The position numbers were made by a program, and so were the translations under genes. A stretch of DNA of 64,000 nucleotides from Eubacteriales bacterium (lineage in GTDB: Bacteria > Bacillota > Clostridia > Christensenellales > UMGS416): positions 118,392-182,391 of the forward strand of contig JBFLKU010000008.1 of the NCBI GenBank assembly GCA_040883315.1. The letters are read 5' to 3'. This document shows, in pieces, positions 1 to 9,961 of the stretch (positions within the stretch are counted from its first letter, which is position 1; every line of letters begins with the position of its first letter). Below the pieces are notes generated by a model that made no database searches, was not told where the DNA came from, and was given only the letters and a program-made list of their open reading frames with translations.

Positions 1-74
1 CCTCTATAAACAAAGAACATAAACACAGGGATAAGCAAAATTCTTAGCATTGTCAGTTTGTTCGCAGTTGTCAT
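1..74 (-). CDS. pgsA: CDP-alcohol phosphatidyltransferase (PgsA-like); first 24 codons only, gene runs off the left edge
   Basis: The reverse complement of 1-74 reads ATG ACA ACT GCG AAC AAA CTG ACA ATG CTA AGA ATT TTG CTT ATC CCT GTG TTT..., giving MTTANKLTMLRILLIPVFMFFVYR. This is the typical PgsA-type N-terminus (N-x-L-T-x-x-R-I-x-L-I-P-x-F). The ATG lies 1 nt after the rimO stop. It is absent from the ORF track because it is truncated. Confidence 0.55.
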   Translation of the reverse strand, partial: MTTANKLTMLRILLIPVFMFFVYR

Positions 75-75
75 G

Positions 76-1401
76 TTATTCTCCTATTTTTCCATACAAA
101 TCATATATCGATGAATCTGTTATTTCTACATCGTAGAATTCACCGATTTCCAGCTCTTTTGTGCTCTCTATCTCTATCTCACCGTCTATTTCAGCGGTGA
201 AATGCTGGCTTCTTCCAAAATAGTGCCCGTCCTGAAAATCCTCTACAAGCACTTGATATGTCTTGCCCACGCGTTTTGCCATAAGGGCTGCGGATATTTC
301 GCTCTGATACTGCAGCAGCAGGTCTCGGCGCTCGTCCTTTACGCTGTCGTCTATTTGCTCCTTCATGTCATATGCAGGTGTGCCTTCCTCTCGGGAATAG
401 CTGAATACACCTACATTATCAAATGGATAATCGTGAATGAAAGCAACCAGCTGGTCAAAATCATCCTGCGTTTCGCCGGGGAAGCCCGTGATATATGTGG
501 TGCGCAGTGAAGCATCCGGAAGCTGCTCTCTTATTTTTTTGTATGTATTTACGATGCCAGAATAGTTGGAGTGGCGGTTCATAGCCTTCAGCATTTTGTC
601 GCTGACATGCTGCAGGGGTATGTCGAAATATCTGCATATATTTTCATGCTTTTTATAAACGGATAAAAGCTCGTCTGTAATCATTTCCGGGTACATGTAT
701 AGAATGCGTATCCACACGGTCTTATCCAGTGATGCTATTTTATCCAGAAGGCCTGCGATGTTTTCACCTATGTCCATGCCGTATCTGGTGGTGTCCTGTG
801 CCACCAAGGTAATCTCTTTCACGCCATCAGCTATCAGCTGCTTTGCCTCTGCGATTATTTTGTCCACGGCTCTGGATCTCATTTTGCCTCTTATGCTGGG
901 GATAGCACAGTAGGTGCAGTTATTCGAGCAGCCCTCTGCTATCTTCAGATATGCTCTTTGAGGCGGAGTGATAATCACCCTGCCGTCTTCTGCCGACATT
1001 TTTTCATTTATCTCGGCACAGATGTATCTTTCGCCTCCTAGGCATCTTTCAATGTGTTCTGCAATATCCGGGTATTGTGATATGCCGAGGATAGCATCTA
1101 CCTCCGGCATTTCGTCGTATATTGTTTGGCTGTATCTGCCGCTGAAGCAGCCAGATACAATTATTTTTTTCAGGTTAGTTTCATCTTTGTATTGTGCTAT
1201 GTCAAAAATGGTGTCTATTGCTTCCTGCTTTGCACTCTTCAAAAATCCGCAGGTATTTATTATAACCAAATCACATTCAGCAGGGTTTTCCTCTATTTCA
1301 TGCCCCGCCTGCTTTATCCTGTGGAGCATCACCTCTGCGTCCACTTCGTTTTTGGGGCAGCCCAGTGATACCAGGCCTATTTTGTATTTATTCATCATCA
1401 T
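76..1401 (-). CDS. rimO: Ribosomal protein S12 methylthiotransferase RimO (MiaB-family radical SAM)
   Basis: 441-aa ORF with an MTTase N-domain (VSLGCPKNEVDAE), a radical-SAM CSNNCTYCAIP motif and a C-terminal TRAM-like segment. It overlaps the ftsK stop by 14 nt. Confidence 0.85.
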   Translation of the reverse strand: MMMNKYKIGLVSLGCPKNEVDAEVMLHRIKQAGHEIEENPAECDLVIINTCGFLKSAKQEAIDTIFDIAQYKDETNLKKIIVSGCFSGRYSQTIYDEMPEVDAILGISQYPDIAEHIERCLGGERYICAEINEKMSAEDGRVIITPPQRAYLKIAEGCSNNCTYCAIPSIRGKMRSRAVDKIIAEAKQLIADGVKEITLVAQDTTRYGMDIGENIAGLLDKIASLDKTVWIRILYMYPEMITDELLSVYKKHENICRYFDIPLQHVSDKMLKAMNRHSNYSGIVNTYKKIREQLPDASLRTTYITGFPGETQDDFDQLVAFIHDYPFDNVGVFSYSREEGTPAYDMKEQIDDSVKDERRDLLLQYQSEISAALMAKRVGKTYQVLVEDFQDGHYFGRSQHFTAEIDGEIEIESTKELEIGEFYDVEITDSSIYDLYGKIGE

Positions 1402-3988
1402 CTCCAGAGACTATCTGCATAGCAGTTCCGTATGAAACCATTATTTCTCTTGGCTTCGAGCCGTCTGCTTCGCCTACTACTCCCAGTCTTTCCAAGTCGT
1501 CCATTATTCGGGCGGCTCTATTGTATCCCACTCTCAGCTTTCTCTGCACCATAGATGTAGATGCTTTTTCGTGGTCATATATCACCTTCACTGCATCCGG
1601 CAGCAAATTGTCGAATTCATCCAGAGGGGAATCATATCCTCCGCCAGAATCGCTTTGTGCTTGCTTTTCTATTTTCTTAACGTCCTCTAGAACGTTGTTG
1701 TCGTATTTCACGCCTTCAGCTTTCAGGAAGCTGCAGACCTTTTCCACCTCTTTGTCTGCCACAAATGCACCCTGCAGACGGATGGGTTTGCCTGTGAATT
1801 TAAAGAGCATGTCGCCGTTCCCTAAAAGGTGCTCGGCTCCGCTGCCATCCAAAATAGTGCGTGAGTCCACCAGCTGGTTTACGCTGAATGCCACTCTGCA
1901 TGGTATGTTTGCCTTTATTGTTCCTGTAATTACCTTAACATCCGGTCTTTGTGTGGCTATTACCAAGTGCATGCCTGCGGCACGTGCCAGCTGTGCCAGC
2001 CTGTATATGGCATCTTCCACTTCGGCTGAAGCCACCTGCATCAGGTCTGCCAGCTCATCCACTATAATAACAAACCTAGGCATAGTCTCCATACCTTTTT
2101 TGCTATTTGCCAGCTTGTTGTATCCGTCCAGGTTTCTTACGCCGTTTTCTGCGAATATATCGTAGCGTTTCATCATCTCTTTAACAGCCCAGTTTAGTGC
2201 ACTGGCTGCCATGGATGCCTTTGTAACTACTGGTATCAGCAGATGGGGGATTCCATTGTATACGTTCAATTCCACTTTTTTGGGGTCAACCATAATAAAG
2301 CGTACGTCATTTGGTGAGCTTTTATATATCAATGACAGTATAAGCGAATTGATGAAAACAGATTTACCAGAGCCAGTAGCACCGGCTACCAGCATGTGGG
2401 GCATTTTTGCCAAGTCTGCCACTATGTTTCTGCCTGTTATGTCTTTTCCAACGCATATTGTAAGTGGTGAAGTGGCGGTTTTGAATTTTGAGCCTTCCAA
2501 AATATCACGAAGCCCAACAATAGATCGTGTTCTGTTTGGCACCTCTATGCCAACTGCGTTTTTATTTGGAATAGGTGCCTCTATGCGCACACTGGTGGCT
2601 GCCAGAGCCATAGCCAGGTCTTTTGAAAGACCATTGATTTTGGCAACACGCACACCGGGGGCAGGGCGAAGCTCATATCTTGTTACGGTGGGACCGCAGG
2701 TGATGTTTATAACCTTTGCGTCCACACGGAAGCTAGACAATGTCTCCTCTAGTTTCATTGCATTGGCGTGGCATTCCGCTCTTAGGCTTGCATCCTGCTT
2801 GTTGCTGCTGAATGCTATCAAATCAAGAGGCGGGAATTTATATTCTTCGTCTTCTTTTGCAGGATGTGCAGGCACATCTTTTTTGTAGTCATCATCATCT
2901 GTCATTCTTATCTGAATAGGAAGATCACCAACCGCTTTGCTGGATGCAGATCGGCTTGGCTTATGGCTTTGTTCCTTTTCCAGTGCATATTCCCACTGAT
3001 CCTCGTCCACAGCGTATCTGCCTCCGTTTGCCGATGATAGGGGCTGCTTATTGTGGCGAAGCAAAAAGTCCGTATTCAGCTCTGAATCTTCATCAAAATT
3101 ATCAGATGCATTTTTTATATTCTCCACATAGAGTTTATGCTTGCTGTCTTTCATCACATGCAGAGATTCGCTTTTGTGCGGTGGGGAAGCTACAGCTCTT
3201 TCCGGGGCAGGATATTCATCGTGCACCTTTCTTCTGCCGCTCTCTGCCGCAATAGGCACGTCCTTGCCCAGCCTTTCCAGAGGAGTCTCTCTGCTTTCGC
3301 GTTCTTCAATACGCATTTCAATGCCTTCTTTGGTGTTTCTGATAAATTCACCCAAAAGAACATGATTTTTCACTATTAGTACTATTAGCATATAGGTAAG
3401 CGGCACAAAAACAGCGCCGAATATGCTGAAATTTTTCAATAGCCAGTATGAAAGCAGTGCACCCAGTGCACCAGCCGAGCCGCCTCTGCTGGCTACGCCA
3501 TAGTCATATGATGACTTTATGTAGTCTTTGAAAGTCGTTGTTAAAAAGTCAACATCCACCACTTTCATGGCGAAGATTTTCCTTAAGAAAAATGTGTGGT
3601 AAAAAAGAACAGCACACAGCACAAAGACGGTCCAAAGCGTAACTTGTCCCCATCTTATGCCGGCTTCTTTTTTCAATATCAAAATAAGGCCTACTATAAA
3701 GCCAAGGACAGGTATTAAGTAGCCAAATGAGCCAAACGTCCCTACAACAGCGCTTTTTATGGCGTAGCCTTTTGCGCCTGTTATGGATGATTGGAACATA
3801 ATGATTAGCACAAACAGGCTGGTAACGCATGTTATTATGCCTATCATTACTTCATTTTTTTTCTGTTCAGATTTAACAGGCTTTTTTGGAGCAGCTTTTT
3901 TGCTGGTCGTTTTTCCTGTCGTTGTTTTTCTCGTGCTAGATGTTTTCGCAGTGCTTGTTTTTTTTCTGCTGTTTGTTTTGCTTGGCAA
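1388..3988 (-). CDS. ftsK: DNA translocase FtsK/SpoIIIE
   Basis: 866 aa. It has a basic S/T/K-rich N-tail, several TM helices, Walker A GATGSGKS, Walker B IVDELADLM and a C-terminal gamma winged helix (MVQRKLRVGYNRAARIMD). Confidence 0.95.
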   Translation of the reverse strand: MPSKTNSRKKTSTAKTSSTRKTTTGKTTSKKAAPKKPVKSEQKKNEVMIGIITCVTSLFVLIIMFQSSITGAKGYAIKSAVVGTFGSFGYLIPVLGFIVGLILILKKEAGIRWGQVTLWTVFVLCAVLFYHTFFLRKIFAMKVVDVDFLTTTFKDYIKSSYDYGVASRGGSAGALGALLSYWLLKNFSIFGAVFVPLTYMLIVLIVKNHVLLGEFIRNTKEGIEMRIEERESRETPLERLGKDVPIAAESGRRKVHDEYPAPERAVASPPHKSESLHVMKDSKHKLYVENIKNASDNFDEDSELNTDFLLRHNKQPLSSANGGRYAVDEDQWEYALEKEQSHKPSRSASSKAVGDLPIQIRMTDDDDYKKDVPAHPAKEDEEYKFPPLDLIAFSSNKQDASLRAECHANAMKLEETLSSFRVDAKVINITCGPTVTRYELRPAPGVRVAKINGLSKDLAMALAATSVRIEAPIPNKNAVGIEVPNRTRSIVGLRDILEGSKFKTATSPLTICVGKDITGRNIVADLAKMPHMLVAGATGSGKSVFINSLILSLIYKSSPNDVRFIMVDPKKVELNVYNGIPHLLIPVVTKASMAASALNWAVKEMMKRYDIFAENGVRNLDGYNKLANSKKGMETMPRFVIIVDELADLMQVASAEVEDAIYRLAQLARAAGMHLVIATQRPDVKVITGTIKANIPCRVAFSVNQLVDSRTILDGSGAEHLLGNGDMLFKFTGKPIRLQGAFVADKEVEKVCSFLKAEGVKYDNNVLEDVKKIEKQAQSDSGGGYDSPLDEFDNLLPDAVKVIYDHEKASTSMVQRKLRVGYNRAARIMDDLERLGVVGEADGSKPREIMVSYGTAMQIVSGDDDE

Positions 3989-4199
3989 TGCTTTTCATCC
4001 TTTCTATAATTCACAAATAAATATCAACTCATTTTAACACATTAATAATGTTTAATACAACATCTATCATTATAACACATATTTTTTTCAAAATACTGCC
4101 ATTTTAAAAGAGCTGGATGCATGATTTGTGTTGTAATAATTGTTGTTTTGCGTTAAAATACTTTTTATAGATTTAAAAAAATCAGGAGGGCATATAGAG

Positions 4200-4766
4200 A
4201 TGACTATGAATAATGCAGAATTACTAAAAGACGGCGATGAACGCATGGATAAAGCAGTGGAATTTTACAAAACAGAGCTGCAGTCTATGAGAGCAGGACG
4301 TGCAAACCCAAAACTTTTAGACAGAATAACAGTAGATTACTATGGCACACCCACACCTCTGGCACAGGTAGGAAATATTTCCGCACCGGAACCAAGAATA
4401 TTGATGATATCTCCGTGGGATGCTTCAATGATACATGAAATTGAAAAAGCTATACAAACATCAGACATCGGAATCAATCCAATGAATGACGGCAAAGTGA
4501 TACGATTGGTTATACCGGAGCTGACAGAAGAGCGCAGAAAAGATTTGGTTAAGCAGCTGCATAAATTTTCAGAGGAAGCAAAGGTAGCAGTACGTGCAGT
4601 GCGCCACGACGCCAAAAAACACCTTGAAAAGCTGGAAAAAGACAATGCAATCACAGAAGATGACCTTCGCCGCGATGAAAAGAAGCTGCAGGACATGACA
4701 GACAAACATATTAAAAATATTGATGACATAACAAAAGACAAGGAAAAGGAAATCCTTGCAGTATAG
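4200..4766 (+). CDS. frr: Ribosome recycling factor
   Basis: The tracked ORF starts at 4140, but AGGAGG (4184-4189) lies 10 nt before ATG 4200 (MTMNNAELLKDG...). From that start the product is 188 aa with RRF-typical sequence (RANPKLLD, ISPWD, LTEERRKDLVK). Confidence 0.95.
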   Translation: MTMNNAELLKDGDERMDKAVEFYKTELQSMRAGRANPKLLDRITVDYYGTPTPLAQVGNISAPEPRILMISPWDASMIHEIEKAIQTSDIGINPMNDGKVIRLVIPELTEERRKDLVKQLHKFSEEAKVAVRAVRHDAKKHLEKLEKDNAITEDDLRRDEKKLQDMTDKHIKNIDDITKDKEKEILAV

Positions 4767-4956
4767 TAATCTGATAGGCTGCACATTGCAGTACGCCAAA
4801 AATTTTGCAGAAGAAAACAATATTAAAGCATTGTTTATAGAGACAAAAGATAGATACAATGATTATGAGAATAAGAGGATAATCAGAGTGAAGAAAATAG
4901 ATGGTGATGAAACCATAGAGTTTTTGTATGCTGGTTTTCCGCCTTATAAGGAATAA
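4756..4956 (+). CDS. Small hypothetical protein (66 aa) wedged between frr and uppS, with a TTG start
   Basis: The ORF contains no ATG at all. TTG 4756 is preceded by purine-rich AAGGAAAAGGAAA. It overlaps the frr stop by 11 nt and ends 2 nt before the uppS ATG. Its composition looks like real protein (LIGCTLQYAKNFAEENNIKALFIETKD...RIIRVKKIDGDETIEFLYAGF), reminiscent of a small alpha/beta PASTA-like fold. Confidence 0.5.
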   Translation: MQYSNLIGCTLQYAKNFAEENNIKALFIETKDRYNDYENKRIIRVKKIDGDETIEFLYAGFPPYKE

Positions 4957-4958
4957 AA

Positions 4959-5696
4959 ATGAAAGTAAAAGGATATACATACAGCAATATCCCCCACAAT
5001 CTGCCGGAGCATGTTGCCATTATTATGGACGGCAACGGCAGATGGGCAAAGAAAAGGCTGCTTCCACGCTCTGCAGGGCATAGGGCAGGAGTAGAGGCAC
5101 TGCGAAACATCATCAGGATGAGCAGCCATATAGGCATTAAATATCTTACTTTGTATGCGTTTTCCACTGAAAACTGGAAACGCCCCAAGGACGAAGTGAA
5201 CGTGCTGATGAAGCTGCTGGTGGAATTTTTATATAATGAAATAGATGAACTGGACGCAGAGAATGTGTGCATCACATTTATGGGCGACATCGAAAAATTC
5301 CCCAAAGACCCATTTAAGGCCATAAAATATGCACTGGAGAGAACAAAGGACAACACAGGGCTAACAGTGTGCATCGCACTCAACTACGGCTCTAGGCTGG
5401 AGATACGCCAAGCTGTTAAAAAAATAGCAGAGCTTTATAAAGCAGGGAATATTTTGCTGGATGATATCACAGATGAACTGATTAGCAGCCATCTGGATAC
5501 AAGCCATATGCCAGACCCTGACCTGATTATACGAACCAGCGGAGAGCAGAGGCTGAGCAATTTTATGCTGTATCAGGCATCGTACTCCGAGTTTTATTTT
5601 ACTCAGGCGCATTGGCCGGATTTTGGCAATGAAGAATATACTGAAGCATTAAATGAATACGCGAAAAGAAAAAGACGCTTCGGCGACGTGAAATAG
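4959..5696 (+). CDS. uppS: Undecaprenyl-diphosphate synthase (isoprenyl transferase)
   Basis: 245 aa with HVAIIMDGNGRWA and FSTENWKRP motifs and an RLSNFMLYQASYSEF tail. Confidence 0.95.
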   Translation: MKVKGYTYSNIPHNLPEHVAIIMDGNGRWAKKRLLPRSAGHRAGVEALRNIIRMSSHIGIKYLTLYAFSTENWKRPKDEVNVLMKLLVEFLYNEIDELDAENVCITFMGDIEKFPKDPFKAIKYALERTKDNTGLTVCIALNYGSRLEIRQAVKKIAELYKAGNILLDDITDELISSHLDTSHMPDPDLIIRTSGEQRLSNFMLYQASYSEFYFTQAHWPDFGNEEYTEALNEYAKRKRRFGDVK

Positions 5697-5706
5697 GAGT
5701 GATGAA

Positions 5707-6531
5707 TTGAAAAATAGATTTCTAATTGGCATACCAATCGGATTGGTCTTGGCGGCAATAGCTTTTGTAAGGGGAATACCCTATATAATACTGCTGAGCG
5801 TCATCGCATTAATATGCCAATATGAGATGACAAAAGCCATGTTTAGCGCAGGATACCACCCAAATAGGAGAACGGCTGTATTATTCGGACTTTTATTATA
5901 CCCTTCATACCTCATCAGCCCGCAGGTCACCTTGCTACTATTTGCATTATTGGTTATATACAATCTGATTTGGGGAGTATTTGACAAAAGTGTGAAGTTT
6001 GAGGATGCAATTGTATCCTGCTTTACAATAAGCTATCCCGGATCATTTTTTTTGGCGCTGATTATGATAGGCGAGATGAAACCGTATACGATAAGTGTGT
6101 TTGTGATGGCCATCGCTTTGCTTTCACCAGTTGCTAGTGATATAGGTGCATATTTTATTGGCAGCAAGTTTGGCAAGAAAAAGCTGGCACCATCTATCAG
6201 CCCCAATAAAACGGTGGAGGGAGCGGTAGGCGGCGTGGCATCCAGCCTGATTATAATAGGCTTGCTGTATGTTGCACTTTGTAAGACCGGTATATTGGCA
6301 AGCTATCCGGAGATAACATCTATCCCGTGGTATCATGTGATTATCTGTACATTTATCTGCACGATATTTTCACAGATAGGCGATTTGGTGGCATCGGCTG
6401 TAAAAAGATTCGCAAATATCAAAGACTTTTCACAGGTGCTGGGAGGACACGGCGGACTAATAGACAGACTGGATTCCACGCTGTTTTCTTCGCTGACTGC
6501 ACTTGTATACTATAATCTGTTTATCAGATAG
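5707..6531 (+). CDS. cdsA: Phosphatidate cytidylyltransferase
   Basis: 274 aa and polytopic, with the C-terminal CTP-transferase signature GGHGGLIDRLDS. TTG start with AGGAG 8 nt upstream. Confidence 0.9.
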   Translation: MKNRFLIGIPIGLVLAAIAFVRGIPYIILLSVIALICQYEMTKAMFSAGYHPNRRTAVLFGLLLYPSYLISPQVTLLLFALLVIYNLIWGVFDKSVKFEDAIVSCFTISYPGSFFLALIMIGEMKPYTISVFVMAIALLSPVASDIGAYFIGSKFGKKKLAPSISPNKTVEGAVGGVASSLIIIGLLYVALCKTGILASYPEITSIPWYHVIICTFICTIFSQIGDLVASAVKRFANIKDFSQVLGGHGGLIDRLDSTLFSSLTALVYYNLFIR

Positions 6532-6542
6532 GACGGATAAAA

Positions 6543-7703
6543 TTGGATAAAAAACGCAAAATATTAATTCTGGGGTCCACAGGCTCTATCGGCACGCAGA
6601 CTCTGGATATTATAAGCCACTACAAAGATAGATTTCAGGTGGTTGGAATAAGCGGACACAAAAACTACGCTTTGCTGAACGAGCAGATAGAAAAATTCCA
6701 GCCTGCATATTGTGCGATAGGTGATGAATCCCTAGCTAAGCATATTAATTCTTCAAACACAAAAATATTATCAGGGCACGATGGCATAATAGAGATGTGC
6801 AATATCTGCGGTGCGGATATTGCTGTGTGTGCTATTGTGGGCATTGCTGGGCTGGAGAGCACCATAGCGTGCATAAAGCAGGGCATGACCATAGCCTTGG
6901 CAAACAAGGAAACACTGGTGGCAGGCGGCAGCATGGTGACGAACCTTGCAAAGCTGCATAATACGCCGATATACCCTGTGGATTCAGAGCACTCTGCCAT
7001 ATTCCAATGTCTGCAGAGCGATGCAAACATAAAGGGCATCAAAAACATATATCTGACGGCATCGGGCGGCCCTTTTGTGGATACGCCAATGGATGCAATG
7101 AAAAACATTACTGTGGAGCAGGCGCTAAAGCATCCGAACTGGAGCATGGGTGCAAAAATAACAATAGATTCGGCCACAATGATGAACAAAGGGCTGGAGG
7201 TGATAGAGGCAAAATATCTATTTGATCTTAATCCCAGCCAGATAAAAGTATGTGTACACAGAAAAAGCATCGTTCACTCTATGGTGGAATTTATGGATAA
7301 TTCCATTCTGGCACAGCTTGGAAACCCGGACATGCGAATTCCAATACAATATGCTATAATGTATCCTGAAAGAGTGGAATGCCCCAGCGAGCCGCTGGAC
7401 ATTTTCTCAGCGGGTGCACTGGAATTCGAAAAACCTGATTTTGAAAAATTCCCATGCCTTGCAATCGCCTTCAAATCACTGGAAGAGGGCGGCGGCAGGA
7501 GCTTGGTTATAAACTCTGCCAATGAAGAAGCTGTAGCTGAATTTTTGGCAGGAAACATAAAATATACACAAATATATGACATAATCGAAAGTGCATATAT
7601 CAATGTAGAAAGTCTGGAAGATGACAGCCTGGAAAGCATTCTGGAAACAGATAGAAAAACCAGAGCATACTGCAGAGATTTGATGCACAAAAGGAGAACA
7701 TAG
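6543..7703 (+). CDS. dxr: 1-deoxy-D-xylulose-5-phosphate reductoisomerase
   Basis: 386 aa with an N-terminal LGSTGSIGTQTLD NADPH site and LANKE, DSEHSA and NKGLEVIEA motifs. TTG start. Confidence 0.95.
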   Translation: MDKKRKILILGSTGSIGTQTLDIISHYKDRFQVVGISGHKNYALLNEQIEKFQPAYCAIGDESLAKHINSSNTKILSGHDGIIEMCNICGADIAVCAIVGIAGLESTIACIKQGMTIALANKETLVAGGSMVTNLAKLHNTPIYPVDSEHSAIFQCLQSDANIKGIKNIYLTASGGPFVDTPMDAMKNITVEQALKHPNWSMGAKITIDSATMMNKGLEVIEAKYLFDLNPSQIKVCVHRKSIVHSMVEFMDNSILAQLGNPDMRIPIQYAIMYPERVECPSEPLDIFSAGALEFEKPDFEKFPCLAIAFKSLEEGGGRSLVINSANEEAVAEFLAGNIKYTQIYDIIESAYINVESLEDDSLESILETDRKTRAYCRDLMHKRRT

Positions 7704-8756
7704 ATGATAAACGTAGCAACAATATTATTTTCTATCCTAGCACTTAGCATACTAGTGGTGGCACACGAACTGGGGCACTTTCTGGCAGGAAAGTGGCTGG
7801 GCTTTGATATCTACGAATTTGCAATAGGATTTGGACCAAAGATATTTAGCAAAGAAAAAAAAGGCACAAAATTTTCCCTTAGGGCACTGCCTCTAGGCGG
7901 ATTTGTGGCATTTGACGACGAAAAAAATCTGGAAAGCGGAGAGCTTTCATTCGATAAAAAACCTGTATGGAAAAGAATAGTGGTAGTACTAGCAGGCCCA
8001 TTCATGAATGTGGTAGCGGCACTATTGATAATTATTTCCCTATATACAGTATCAGGCATAGTAAGATATGATGAACCTACCCAGTACTATATAACAAGCA
8101 TGGAAGAGGGCGGCCCTGCATATGAAGCTGGAATGGAAGCAGGAGACATATTCTACATGATGGAGGACAAGCTGGTAGCAGGAGACTATGATGTGCTAAC
8201 CAGTGCTCTGCAGGATGAAGATGGACTGAATGTAACTGTGCTAAGAGACGGTGAACAGGTGGAAATGTACCTAGTGCCGGAATATAGCCAGGCAGACCAA
8301 AGATATATGATTGATATTGAGCTTGGTCAACAATACATGCGAGAGAAGGTTTCTTTTGGCAGTGCTATGAAAGAAGGAACAGCTGAAGTATTCAACATGA
8401 CTAAAGAGCTGGTTGTATTTATGGGCAAGCTATTCTTCAGAGGCGAGGGCGCAAAGGACGTGGGCAGCATAGTGGGCGCTGTAGACGTGATGAGCACTAT
8501 AGTGCGTCAGCTGGATTTCTATGTCTTCATATACATACTGGCATTCATATCTATCAACTTAGGTCTTTTCAATTTGATACCTTTCCCTCCATTTGACGGA
8601 TTCAAGGTGGGTATGTATCTATTTGAAAAAGTAAGAGGCAAAAAGATATCTATAGAAACACAGTCTAAATGGAGCATGGCAGGGTTTATAATTCTGTTTG
8701 CACTTTCAGCGTTTCTGATGTATCGCGACTTTGCAAGGATATTTACAGGCGGATAA
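7704..8756 (+). CDS. rseP: RIP (site-2) zinc metalloprotease RseP/RasP
   Basis: 350 aa with HELGH in the first TM, a central PDZ-like segment and a C-terminal NLIPFPPFDG motif. Confidence 0.9.
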   Translation: MINVATILFSILALSILVVAHELGHFLAGKWLGFDIYEFAIGFGPKIFSKEKKGTKFSLRALPLGGFVAFDDEKNLESGELSFDKKPVWKRIVVVLAGPFMNVVAALLIIISLYTVSGIVRYDEPTQYYITSMEEGGPAYEAGMEAGDIFYMMEDKLVAGDYDVLTSALQDEDGLNVTVLRDGEQVEMYLVPEYSQADQRYMIDIELGQQYMREKVSFGSAMKEGTAEVFNMTKELVVFMGKLFFRGEGAKDVGSIVGAVDVMSTIVRQLDFYVFIYILAFISINLGLFNLIPFPPFDGFKVGMYLFEKVRGKKISIETQSKWSMAGFIILFALSAFLMYRDFARIFTGG

Positions 8757-8757
8757 A

Positions 8758-9801
8758 ATGACCAAGGTAATAAATATAGGCAATGCAAAAATAGGCGGAG
8801 GGTATCCTGTGCTTATTCAGAGCATGACGAACGTGGATACAGCCGATGCAGATGCTGTGATACGCCAGATAAATGAACTGGAAGCAGCAGGCTGCGAAAT
8901 TATTCGTGCATCTGTATATGATGAAAACTGTGCCAAGGCCTTTTCAAAAATAAAAGAAAAAATAAACATACCTTTAGTAGCTGATATACACTTTGACTAC
9001 AGGCTGGCTATTGCCGCCATGGAAAACGGAGCGGACAAAATCCGCATAAATCCTGGAAACATTGGCAGCGATGACAGAGTGAAAAAAGTGGTGGACTGCG
9101 CCAAAAGCCACGGTGTACCCATAAGAGTGGGGGTAAATTCCGGCTCGTTGCCGAAGGATCTGCAGGATGAATACGGGCACAGTGCCAAAGCAATGGTGAT
9201 GGCTGCTATGCGGCATGTGGAGCTACTGGAGAAATTCGGATTTTACGATATTGTAGTATCGCTAAAATCATCAGATGTGGTAAAGACCATAGAGAGCTGC
9301 ATGGAGTTTAGCAAGGTGAGCCAGTATCCGCAGCATATCGGCGTGACAGAGGCAGGCTCATCCCGTCAAGGCTTCATAAACGCTGCTATAGGCATAGGAA
9401 ACCTATTGTATAATCATATAGGCGACACCATTCGCGTGTCTATCAGCGGAGACCCACTGCAGGAGGTATACGCCGCATGGGACATACTGAATGCCCTTAA
9501 CCTTCGCCAAAGAGGCGTGAACATAGTGTCATGCCCCACATGTGCACGCAAGGGAATAGATGTGGAGCAGCTGGCGGAGAGAATAAAGCAGAGATATATA
9601 AACGAGAGCAAATACCTGAAGGTGGCAGTGATGGGCTGCGTGGTGAATGGGCCCGGCGAAGCAAAGGACGCAGACATAGGAATAGCTGCCGGCAAAGACA
9701 GCAGTATAATATTTGCAAAGGGCGAAAAGCAGATGAAGATAGACAATGAAAATGCATTTGAAACCCTGTGCAGTGAAATTGATAAATTATTAGAAAAGTA
9801 A
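8758..9801 (+). CDS. ispG: 4-hydroxy-3-methylbut-2-enyl-diphosphate synthase
   Basis: The tracked ORF starts at 8731, inside rseP. ATG 8758 (MTKVINIGNAKIGGGYPV...) lies 1 nt after the rseP stop. GcpE motifs are present: IRINPGNIG, SCPTCAR and GCVVNGPGE. Confidence 0.95.
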   Translation: MTKVINIGNAKIGGGYPVLIQSMTNVDTADADAVIRQINELEAAGCEIIRASVYDENCAKAFSKIKEKINIPLVADIHFDYRLAIAAMENGADKIRINPGNIGSDDRVKKVVDCAKSHGVPIRVGVNSGSLPKDLQDEYGHSAKAMVMAAMRHVELLEKFGFYDIVVSLKSSDVVKTIESCMEFSKVSQYPQHIGVTEAGSSRQGFINAAIGIGNLLYNHIGDTIRVSISGDPLQEVYAAWDILNALNLRQRGVNIVSCPTCARKGIDVEQLAERIKQRYINESKYLKVAVMGCVVNGPGEAKDADIGIAAGKDSSIIFAKGEKQMKIDNENAFETLCSEIDKLLEK

Positions 9802-9833
9802 ATGTGAATTTTTAATTTGTTGTACTTTTTCTA

Positions 9834-9862
9834 TTGACTAAAGAATATGTGTTACTTATCAT
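9834..9862 (+). promoter_or_regulatory. Sigma-A-like promoter upstream of polC
   Basis: TTGACT (9834-9839), a 17-nt spacer, then TATCAT (9857-9862), about 100 nt before the polC start. Confidence 0.4.
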
Positions 9863-9961
9863 ATTAATACATATTTTTTTTGTTGAATTAATAGGTTTAT
9901 AGGTATAGTTCGCATAGCTGCGGGCTATGTAATTTGTGCAAATTTTTTAGGAGATGTGTGG

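Noticed and set aside
4140-4199. The tracked ORFs carry N-terminal extensions. These affect frr, ispG (8731), nusB (23312), asp23 (24562), rsmD (54271), the substrate-binding protein (42425), the permease (43269), yybS (59909), rimP (59682) and mltG (16502).
   Set aside because: In each case an internal start has a better-spaced Shine-Dalgarno sequence and gives the family-typical N-terminus or length. The extensions overlap upstream genes, promoters or terminators.
9913-9929. The hairpin CATAGC-TGCGG-GCTATG in the polC leader could be an attenuator or riboswitch.
   Set aside because: The stem is short at 6 bp, there is no adjacent U-tract, and it resembles no riboswitch class I know. The evidence is insufficient.
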